DNA of 64,000 nt from Mustelus asterias. Its lineage: Eukaryota. Made by a program: the position numbers and the translations under genes. Below are positions 38,223-49,477 of the stretch, piece after piece; the stretch's first letter is position 1; every line of letters starts with the position of its first letter. The notes under the pieces were generated by a model, which had not been told where the DNA came from, did no database searches, and was given only the letters and a program-made list of their open reading frames with translations. The DNA lies in contig NW_027590179.1 in NCBI RefSeq assembly GCF_964213995.1, positions 124,001 to 188,000 on the forward strand, given 5' to 3'.

Positions 38223-38919
38223 CCATGATAATGGCAACATTTGGACAACGGCTTCCACATTCATCGCACTGTTTATCTTCAGCATTTTCTACAGCACTGC
38301 AGTCACTCTGGTGAAGGTGAGAAGATTCAATCTACTCACTCTTCATTCTTCCACATCGATTTGACAAAAAAATCCACAAGATTCATTTAAAAATATCTGA
38401 GATAGTTGCGACAGATCACAAAATATCTGCTTCATTTTTTTTCTCGTACAGTTCGAGTGATCTGTTAAACTTCGGGCGCCCATGATCTTCTTCCGTGTTT
38501 ATGGGAACATCTCGATTACAAAAATAAATATATCATCTTGATGGCACTGAAGATAAGATGTTTTGAGTTCATGATGCCAGCAGGCTGTTGAAGAGATAGG
38601 GATCCTGTTGAAGTTCTTTATTTTCATTTTGCATGTCAGTATCCGTCGGAATCACATCTGTCTTTTCAGGAATATTCAAATACTGTACCTCCGAGCTGCT
38701 GTTAGCATTCTTAATCTGTCGCTGACAGGAATTATGCATTGAATCTATTTTTAAATCTGCGAGGTCGTTATGATTGTACAGTTGATATCGTCTGGATTTT
38801 CACTTCAATTCCAGTTAATGTGTAATAAGAAAGGGATTCTCACTCCTTATGCGCGAATGAAGGCGATGGCCGAGCGCCATTATCGCGCAACTGATGTTCT
38901 GTGACCCTGGTTTCGAAAC

Positions 38920-39200
38920 TCAGCAAATATTCTGGGAACCCGGTTTCGAAACTCGCCACGGCAGGCGGTGGAATTTAAATTCAATTTGGAATTAAGAGTT
39001 CACTGATGACGATCGAAGCGTTCTGGATTGTTGGAAAAACCATTCTGGTTCGCTCATCTCCTTTGGAAAATAAAATTTGCTATTGATACCTGGTCTGGCC
39101 ACAGCAATGTGGTTGACTTTCAATCACCCTCAGGCAGCTGGGGATGAGCAATGGATGTTGGCCAGCCAGCGACGCCCAATATCCCATGAATGCATAAAAT
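38920..39200 (+). mobile_element. Deu-domain (SacSINE1-like) SINE
   Basis: GGTGGAATTTAAATTCAA..CCACAGCAATGTGGTTGACT..GCCAGCGACGCCCA. Confidence 0.65.
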
Positions 39201-40779
39201 AAGTTTCCTTCTTTGATATTGAGGCCGTATTTTTCTCTCCAGTACATTATAATTTTAACGACAGCTGGTGGCTCAGACTGCATGTGTTGTGTTCTCAGTG
39301 AATCTCTCAGTTATTGTATTTGTTCTCAATGAAACTCTCAGTTGTTCTATCCACTTATTGTTAAACTTAAATGAAAGTTTTCCCTGAAATGTTCTCTCAT
39401 AAATTGCTAATAAATACCGAACGACAAACTGATCAACTTGGACTTTGCCGTATTTCATTCTCCAAGTATCCTCCTCAGCTCTTCATTTTCTCTGTTAAAG
39501 TAGGGAATTGAAAGTTGTACATCCGCAGCTTGTGGCACTATTTTCCCTCACGGTTCACTTCATGTTCATGTCCAATACATTGATGCTGTTATTAACTGAA
39601 CACTTTTGCTGTGTTTTATTGAAACACGCAGTTATTCGACACTCCTTCTCCTGCTTCAATAAAACACAGCAAAAGTGTACCGTTGACTCATGAGAGTTTG
39701 GCCCTCAGCAAGGATCAAGGTGCTTCCTTGTTGCTGCGTAAACTGTCACAATGAACTGAGCCTGGAGCTCTTTCCCCTGGGATCGACAAAACTCATCTCT
39801 CTTCTTTCATTCTCACTCATTCACTCCCAGTTTCTTTCGCTTCTCCTTTCGAGCTCGTTAACACATCCATCTGGGTGCACAGCTGGAAGTTAATGTAAGG
39901 AAGGAAAAACTGATTCATTTCGGTCGGAGAGGAGAGGCCGCAGAAAATAAACCAAACAAATTTAAAGAGATTTCTGTGCTGCACTGCGAGTGGGCAAGGA
40001 TCTGGAATGTCTCATTACAGTTGTTTTTCACAAGGGATGACCACATTATTAGCATCAAACACCTTATTCACGTTTGTTGTGTAGTTTCAAGTAAAAATGG
40101 TTCTGAGAGGGAAAACAAGGTTGGAAAGATGCAGCAGGAGAATGTTTCTTTCTGCATTTTGTTTTCCGTAGACACCTCTCCCTTTACTTGCTCACAGCCC
40201 ATTGCCCCATGAGACTGGGAGGAGAGTTGCATTATTTCCCTCACTGTTCACTTGATGTGATTGTATGTTAAGATCCTTCGGAATCATATCTACATCATAG
40301 ATTTTGTTTGAGCTTATGTTGTAAATACTTATATATTGTTGGCAATAAATCTCTTATTACTTTGAGCCATATCGAGTACCCCTGGATTTATTGCAGCCCC
40401 CTAGTCTGGAATGGCACTTTATGATTCTAATGATGGATCAATTTCTCTGCCGCATGGTTATGGTTTTCCACCGAATTGTATTTCGAGAAAGCAAGTTATG
40501 AAGTGCAATGTAACTGCACATTTGAACGTTCACTTCCCACTAAGCATTGTAAAGGTTATTCATTATTTCCTTACATCCATCAAACCCCTGTTCAAAACAG
40601 TGGAGCTGGCAACATTGGGTGGAGTATTTCTTGCAGTTTTTAGGACCCTTTTACAAGCATTTGTCTCTGAGTGCCCTGGAATCAATGTGAAAGTTCATGA
40701 ACATGAAATATGAGTTTCAATGATCTATCCACAAATGCTTCCAGTCTTGTTAGTTTTTTTTCCTCGCATTCTGGCCCAC

Positions 40780-41590
40780 AGATGCAGAATTCTGATGAGC
40801 TTTAGATGACAAAGAAAGTCAAATTTTCCATTTTGTGAGAATGAAGCATACTATCTAAATGACGAGATATTCCAGAGCTCTGAGGAGCAGAGGAATGTGA
40901 GTGTCCTAGTGCATGAATCACTAAAGGCTATTAGGCAGGTACATCAAATAATGAGGTAAACTAATAGATTGTTATCACTTGATGCGAGGGGTATTTAGTA
41001 CAAAAGTACCACAATAATTTTTCAGCTATGCAAGGCACTAGTGAGACTATTTTGCTGTACAGTGTATGGTATTAGCAACCTTTTTAAAAAATCTGTAAAT
41101 GTATTCACAGAAAGTTTATCATTCTACTACCAGGAATGGGTGGGCTGTTTTATGAGGAAAGGTGAGATCGGGTAAACTCTATCTGTTGGAATTTAGCAGA
41201 GTGAGGGTTGACTTGACTGAAATATAAAAGATCCCGATGGGTCCTGACAGAGTGGTTGTCGAGAGGATGTTTCCACTTGTTGCACACACAGGAACTAGGG
41301 TACACATTTTAAAAGTTATGGGCCACACATTTAGAACGGAGATGAGGCGAAATATTTTCACTCAGAGGCTCGTGAATCTTTGGAACTCTCTACCTGAAAA
41401 GGCGGTAGAAACAAGAGTATTTTAATATTCTTAAGGCAGAGGTGGATAGATTCTTGCTAAGCAAGGAAGTGTTAGGTTATCTTGATTATGCGGAGTGCAG
41501 GTTACTAACAGATCAGTCATGATGTTATTAAAATGGCTGAGAACGTTCGAGTGTCCGATTGGGCTCCTCCTGTTCCTTGTCTATATGTTC
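40780..41590 (+). mobile_element. Old CR1 3' part
   Basis: MFPLV..TRVHILK..FRTEMRRNIFTQRLVNLWNSLP. Confidence 0.85.
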
Positions 41591-41945
41591 AACTCTCAAT
41601 CCACTATTCAGAAGAGTTACACATTTCCTATGGGTCATATTATTATAATTGGTGAACAATGATTTGGTCCATATTAACTGACCATGAATCAAACCGCGGC
41701 CGTGGACGTAAACGGTTCGAATCCTGATCACTGGACCACCACTGAGGTTGGAGACATACAAAGCCCGTGGATTCACGAGATTGCAATACCGATTTTTTTT
41801 TTACAGTGATTCAGTTTTCCTTATAAATTCTTGTATTCGAATATTGTGTACGTGTCTATAAGCAAGAACACAGTTAAAAGGTGTAACACTGAGAAGTAGA
41901 GGAATTGTTGGAGTTTAATGAAACTTTCGTTTTCTATCTCATTTT

Positions 41946-44727
41946 TCAAAATTTCAACAAATTAACAAATAATTTCAGTGGATAATTCACTCCATTCTTT
42001 AACTCGGCTCTGAATTTCCTCTGGGTCCCAGCATAAATAAACGGGTTGATGCAGGAACTCAGAAACTGTAGCATATATCCGCTTTCCTCCAAGATAAATG
42101 ACCATTCACTAATATCAGCAACAGAAAAATAAGGAACCTTTGCAATTCGGACATAGAGTATCGTCACAAAAAATAACGTATATAAGAGGATGAAACTGCC
42201 CGGGATGGCAAAGAGTAAAATAATGGACTTTCTCCGCTTCTCCATCTCTGGGTCACTCTGTTTTTCTCCATTACTCTGTGACCGGAGTCTCCTGCGGGCC
42301 CGATTAGCCGCGAGAATGTGTCTGACGGTCAGAGCATTGAACAATAAAATCAGAATGAATGGGATACAGGGCATTGAAATTGTTCGAAACAAATCATAGG
42401 CGTTCCATATTGGGGATGTATAAAAAATTTGTTTTACAATACAGAACCAAGGTATGTTATTAATTATATGCAGCGGTTCAAATATAAAATACAGGAAGGA
42501 CGTTTTTAGAGAGCTCAATGCGCAGACGGTCCCTATCACCCACGCCGCTGTCTTCTCCGTGCAGTATTTGATTTTCAGCTTCTGGCAGCAAATGGCCACA
42601 AATCGATCAAAGGTGAAAGCAACCGTTAACCAGGCAGAACTGTCAATGGTTGCGTAGATTATCACATTTTGCAGACTGCATATTGGTGTGATTGACAGGA
42701 AACTGCCGGGGAAATAAATCCCAGCAGTCCGGCTTAATATCACGCTGGTGATAATGACCAAGAGATCCGTCACCGCCATGGAGACTACATAGTAAATTAT
42801 ACATCTGGAGAGACCACAGCTTCTTCGGTATAGGATTAAAATGACTGCCAAGTTAGCTGTAAAGTATAGAAGGAAAGGGAACATATGGGTGACAGCAGGA
42901 GAGACAAGATGTTACTTTCTCAACTCCCATCGAAATGATACAAGATTATGCAGGAAATTGAAACTTTTGCGATTTGATTCTGCTTTGCCAACTGTCCCTT
43001 GTTCGGGTTCCCATGCACATAATCACAAGAATTATAAATAAGCTGGGTCAGTGACATTGAATTGCATCATAATGCAACACAATATAATGAAAGATAAGAA
43101 AATGTTGAAAAATCATAAATGCACCTCCAGGCATAGTCAACAACTTATTACAGGCACGTTGGATATGAAATTATAAAAAGCATTAATTGCCATATTCAAC
43201 TGGAAAGTTTCCATCTCGCTCAATTTCAAAAGTTGCCCCATTTGGCGAATTATTCTTAAACTATTCGCTGTTGGAAATGCCTGCATCAAACCAAAATATA
43301 AATCTTCAATCAAAAAAGTAGGGAGCAATTCGCGTTTCTATGAATTTACAGAGGAAATGTTGAAAGGAGCTCCTAACCTGAAATTGTGGGTGTAACATGC
43401 AATACTGGAAATGGCAGATGTAAATGACGCAATTGGAGAGAGTGTTGCTCTCATTGCAGGAGTTAATGAACAAATCTGACCCGAAGTGGATATTTGAAGG
43501 TAATTATCAGATTAAGAGCTCGCAAGCAGTACTGGGTCCTTTCAACATGTCTTCTGAAATTTCAGAGAGAGGCAAGCAACTGACCATAGGCATTTCCAAA
43601 ATCATTTATATTCCATGCAAAATATGCAGTCAGTTACCGTGCCTGGGTCAACATAATCAAAGCAATCAGAAAATAATGGGGAGAAATGGTGACTTGTGCA
43701 ATGAGAGTCGAGGGTCGAGACGGAGACGGGTGGACCAATTTCTCACCAAAGAGCCGCTATTGCAATCCTCCTATACTGTCAAAAGCCCGTTGACACCAAA
43801 GGTCTGTCAATAAAATCTTTCATTATGTTCAGATAGCAATTATTTGTCCGACTCAATCCATTACTCTCAATTTCAACAACAAGAAAAATATCTGGAATTA
43901 TACCGTGATAACGTTGTGGTAATTCGTCCCTGGAACAGGGAGAATACGATAACATATTTACATGTACAGGGAGGTGACAATGTGATAATTCAAGCACAAC
44001 AATGACACTGATAATACAAAAGTTACACGTTTCCACTGCAATAACTATAACTTCCAATAGCAGCAACAATAATTCTGCAGAAATGGATTTATGCTGTGTT
44101 ATCCGAGGGAAAATTCGTATTAGTTCATGTGTCATTGTCGTAATCGAACTACATGTACAGTATAATAACTTTGAAGTAACCCATCTACAATAGCATTGCT
44201 AAGAAAAATATAACTGCATTTCTAAATTGAATTTGCAGTGATAAATGGCAAGGTGGGACAGGTGAGGGGGGACAAAAGTGTGGCACAGGTCAGAGGCAGG
44301 CAGAACACAGTTGAATGGGAGACATTATAATTTGAATACCTTTTTCTGTTCTTTGAGTGAAATGACACTGCTTAAAACGGCAATATTCACCATTGATTCA
44401 GATAAATTGTGCTAACAGATTCAAGGTATTATCTCATTAAAATGAAGAATAAAGCTCTTAAAATTAATAAAGTGACCCTGTAAAAGAGGACAATAAGCAT
44501 CAGTCTACCAGAAGAATCTATATATTTTAGGGGAAAATTCATTGCTTTAAATGATAGAAATGAATTCCGTGTCTTAGAGGTGCGCTAGTAATAAAATTGA
44601 AAAAGGTTACAGCTGAACAAAGACATTACATGTTAATAACTAACTACCACACTGTACCTGGAACTCCAATAGCTGCAATGACGGGATAGTAAATGGCAAA
44701 CACCAGCCCTTTTGGAGGTGCATGCAT
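41946..44727 (-). CDS. GPR139/GPR142-like class A orphan GPCR, two exons (44658-44727, 41946-42856), 326 aa
   Basis: Exon 1 MHAPPKGLVFAIYYPVIAAIGVP with a phase-1 GT..AG intron joins ANLAVILIL. Motifs MAVTDLL, FTFDRFVAIC and INPFIY. Seven hydrophobic segments, no stops. Confidence 0.9.
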
Positions 44728-45697
44728 TTCTATCGGAGGCTCTGAGCGTGTACGATATGACAGTAAATGTTGTAACATTTATACATAATGTGAAGCTCTG
44801 GGGAAATGATTAGTTTTTTAATATTATTCACATTTATTGTGAGAAACAGATTAGTGCAGAAGGTACCCAGCTGCCTTTTATGTTTTGATCGAAGACAATG
44901 GCTTTTTTTTGAATGAATTCTCAAACCTCCTGGAGTGTAATACCCAGAGATTACGGCATAATCTCAGTCATAAACAATAATTTGCCTGGATATTCGTGTC
45001 AGTACAGAACATTGCTGTTGCTTCTGACTGCATTAAGAAATGCAAATAGTCCGTGGAAAACACAACAGAAATGTGCAAAATCCCGATCAAATGATAGGAT
45101 GCAATTTGGTTCTGAAGATCTCTCATAGAGTCAACCCACTTCCACCCATCTATTAGTGTATTCACGATGGGCAGCGCACTTAAGTGTGGTTACATTAGGA
45201 GTGCACAGTCTCCCCTCTTCACGATTATGTTCATTTTTGCCAGACGATTTCAATTATATCAGTTCGGCCAAGTTTCAGTTCCAGTCCATCCCAGTTACTT
45301 TTAGGCCTAACATCCCCGGCTTTGCACTGGTACACTGGACGTTGGCATACCCTGCTCAAAATCTGTAATTCATTGTAAACGGTTCCAGTTCAGCTTGGTT
45401 AGAATCGGCGTGTACATGCTCAAACTTGCTTGCGTCTGTTCATTGTCGACCAGATCCATCCCCGACAATTCCCAGGTGCTCGAGAGATCTACTTCACAAG
45501 GCTCAACGGAGTGTTGCCAGGTCCAATTCAGCATGGTTATATTCACTGTTGATATGATAAAATACTTAATTCTGGCAAACACATCTATATTTTCAGTTGA
45601 GGATTTCTATTTGAAAACGATTTTTTTCCACTGGAGGAAAGTCCAGCTCAACATCGTTACTGCCATAATGGACTTGGGCAACTTCGTTGAACTAATC

Positions 45698-45860
45698 GAG
45701 CCAACGTTTCCAGTCCAAGCTAAGCTCTGACGAAGGTTCATCCAGACTCGAAACGTTAGCTCTATTCTCTTTCCACAGATGCTGTGAGACCTGCTGAGAT
45801 TTTCCAGCATTTTCTGTTTTTGTTTTAAATTCCAACATCCGCAGTATTTTGTTTTTATCT
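45698..45860 (+). mobile_element. Penelope-like terminus with hammerhead (45723-45761)
   Basis: AGCT-CTGACGA-A-GGTTC(ATCCA)GACTC-GAA-ACGT-T-AGCT, with a short inverted copy at 45698. Confidence 0.75.
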
Positions 45861-47829
45861 TTGTTGAACTAATGGTTGGCCTGATACAAAACATAAAATG
45901 TTGCAAATTCACAGCGTGTTTTGTCAGTGTATTTTACCCTGATGCTACGGGACTGTTGGAGGATTCCCATAATATTCTGCTTTGTCTGAAGTACAACGAA
46001 AAACTGCTGTATCTTTTTGTTTCCTACAAAAAGAAACATACAAACTGTCGAGTGGAGAAGTGAAAGAAATTGAGGACGAAATATTAATTTAGAGGAGACA
46101 AGAAGGAAAAATAATCCAGGGCGTAGATGCAGAAAATGAGGGTCTATTTACTGTTCTTGTGAAACAGTTTAAGAATCCAATATTTATCATCAGTCACATG
46201 GATTATAGAACATATGAATAAATCTGCACACATCATTGCTGAGAGCACAGTTCAAGCACTTGGTTCGGTTTCTTGACTCTTCTTTCGTTTCTGGCTCAGA
46301 TCAAAGACAGGAGGGACCAAGTGAGATGAGGCAGGGTGGGGAGATGATAATCCTGAGCAGACGCTTCAGCAATGGAGGCCTTTTCACCAGGGGAAGAAAG
46401 GTTCAGAAATGGTCTAACAGACGTGTTCCCAATCAAGGAAGTTTGGAAACTATTGAAAAGAAACCCGGTAGTCCATCTGGTCGCCATTGTTTCTAATAAT
46501 GTAAACTACTGTGGAAAAAAAAGATCGCTCTTTGGTAAATTGGCTTTTTGACAGTTGGTCGGCATCCTTCTTTGATGGTTAAGGAACGTTCGAAACTTCC
46601 ATTCTTTCGAAATCAACAATACAAAATTGCCTCATGTGGAGTTGTGACTTTAGACAGTTAATCTATTTCTTCAAATGAACACGTAATGTAGTACCCAAGT
46701 AACCACGTCAGAAACTGTGATAAATGATCTCAGATCAATCATAAATAGCAAATTTTGGAAAAAGGCATCCGATGCAGAAATAACATCAGAGTAATAACAC
46801 CTAAAATAAACTGCCATAATAACAATATTATTAATAATAATACAGCAATATCATGCAGCAATATTCGGCAACATATTGATAATTGCTGCTTCACAGACGC
46901 AGTTGTTTATACAACGTGCTAAAACCAGTTTCAGGGCTTTGTAAGTTGTGCCTATAAAAACAAAGGCCTCACAGTGCTGCTCTGACTGCACGGTGAGTGC
47001 TGCCTAATGTGAGGATTCCTTTGAGCGTTGAGTGAAAACACGGTGTTCACGTGGTAAATTATAAGGAGGTAAGTAGTCATTAAACTTGCTTTCAGGGTGA
47101 GCGAAATTAGTTCTTATTTGGGAAGTTAAAATCAGCACTTCAGTGCATTCCTGCAACAGGAATCAGCTGAGTCAGCTCTCAACTGTACTTGGCTGGTTCT
47201 TTGTACATCTAGTTAAAACCAGTTTCAGGGCTTTGTAAGTTGTGCCTATCAAAGCAAAGGCTTCAGTGCGGCTCTGACTGCACAGTGAGTGCTGCCTGAA
47301 TGTGAGGAGTGCTTTTAGAGTTGGGTCAATACAGGGAGTTAGGTGAAACAGGCAGCAGAGGCTACAAAGGAGAGTACTGATTGGTAATTAACTGTTAGTC
47401 TTGATTCTTTGACACTGACAGTGACTTCACACTAAAGAAAAAAACTTAAGAGTGACATCACAGTTGGGCTGTGATTTGAGTGACTAACAGGAAGCTGTAC
47501 TACATTTGAAAACCTATTGAAATTACTGGTTAGATATCGCATTGAGACTATTGTAATAAGGCGACAGGTAATTAAAAAAAGAATAAATAAAACCCAACTT
47601 CAACACTAATTAAATAAAATAGAGATGGAGGTTCGGGTGATCTGTTGTTCATGCATGATGTGGGAGCTGGTGGACCCCATTGTGGTGCCCAGTAAGCATG
47701 TCTGTAGTAATTGTTGGTTGCTTGAGGAACTCGGGCTCGGAGTGGATGAGCAGGATTCTGAGCTCCAGGCGCTGCGACACAGCAGGAAGGGGAAGATGTA
47801 CATGGACACTGTGTTCCAGGAGGCAGTCA

Positions 47830-48050
47830 AAGAACAAAGAACAAAGAACAGTACAGCACAGGAAACAGGCCCTTCGGCCCTCCAAGCCTGTGCCGCTCCT
47901 TGGTCCAACTAGACCAATCGTTTGTATCCCTCCATTCCCAGGCTGCTCATGTGACTATCCAGGTAAGTCTTAAACGATGTCAGCGTGCCTGCCTCCACCA
48001 CCCTACTTGGCAGCGCATTCCAGGCCCCCACCACCCTCTGTGTAAAAAAC
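47830..48050 (-). mobile_element. Nested young CR1 3' end
   Basis: Near-identical to about 35340-35560. Confidence 0.95.
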
Positions 48051-48217
48051 GTCATACTCAGTCATACTCAGTCATACTCAGTCATACCCCTTTGATTAAA
48101 TACCTTGAATTTGGCCAGTCGACAGGGACAGGCGAATTTGGCTGCGAATGAGGCAGGTAGAAGGATCTTGGAGGTAGGTTTGCAGGAGCCTCAGTCCCTG
48201 AAATTGTCCAACAGGTT

Positions 48218-49477
48218 AACAAAGAACAAAGAACAGTACAGCACAGGAAACAGGCCCTTCGGCCCTCCAAGCCTGTGCCGCTCCTTGGTCCAACTAAACC
48301 AATCGTTTGTGTCCCTCCATTCCCAGGCTGCTCATGTGACTATCCAGGTAAGTCTTAAACGATGTCAGCGTGCCTGCCTCCACCACCCTACTTGGCAGCG
48401 CATTCCAGGCCCCCACCACCCTCTGTGTAAAAAACGTCCCTCTGATATCTGAGTTATACTTCACCCCTCTCAGCTTGAGCCCGTGACCCCTCGTGATCGT
48501 CACCTCCGACCTGGGAAAAAGCTTCCCACTGTTCCCCTATCTATACCCTTCATAATTTTGTATACCTCTATTAGATCTCCCCTCATTCTCCGTCTTTCCA
48601 AGGAGAACAACCCCAGTCTACCCAATCTCTCTGCATAGCTAAGACCCTCCATACCAGGCAACATCCTGGTAAACCTTCTCTGCACTCTCTCTAACGCCTC
48701 CACGTCCTTCTGGTAGTGCGGCGACCAGAACTGGACGCAGTACTCCAAATGTGGCCTAACCAGCGTTCTATACAGCTGCATCATCAGACTCCAGCTTTTA
48801 TACTCTATACCCGTCGTATAAAGGCAAGCATACAATATGCCTTCTTCACCACCTTCTCCACCTGTGTTGCCACCTTCATGGATTTGTGGACTTGCACACC
48901 TAGGTCCCTCTGTGTTTCTATACTCCTGATGACTCTGCCATTTATTGCATAACTCCTCCCTACATTATGTCTTCCAAAATGCATCACTTCGCATTTATCC
49001 GGACTAAACTCCATCTGCCACCTCTCCGCCCAATTTTCCAGCCTATCTATATCCTGCTGTATTGCCCGACAATGCTCATCGCTATCCGCAAGTCCAGCCA
49101 TCTTCGTGTCATCCGCAAACTTGCTGATTACACCAGTTACACCTTCTTCCAAATCATTTATATATATCACAAATAGCAGAGGTCCCAGTACAGAGCCCTG
49201 CGGAATACCACTGGTCACAGACCTCCAGCTGGAAAAAGACCCTTCGACCACTACCCTCTGTCTCCTATGGCCAAGCCAGTTCTCCACCCATCTAGCCACT
49301 TCTCCTTGTATCCCATGAGCCTTAACCTTCTTAACCAACCTGCCATGTGGGACTTTGTCAAATGCCTTACTGAAATCCATATAGACGACATCCACGGCCC
49401 TTCCTTCATCAACCGTTTTTGTCACTTCCTCAAAAAACTCCACCAAATTTGTAAGGCACGACCTCCCTCTTACAAAA
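48218..49477 (-). mobile_element. Nested young CR1, 5'-truncated
   Basis: RT ORF 48805-49551. TSD AGGTT at 48213 and 49478. Confidence 0.95.

Noticed and set aside
38240-38730. Exon-like minus-strand stretch with VQYLNI
   Set aside because: Multiple stops and no recognisable domain
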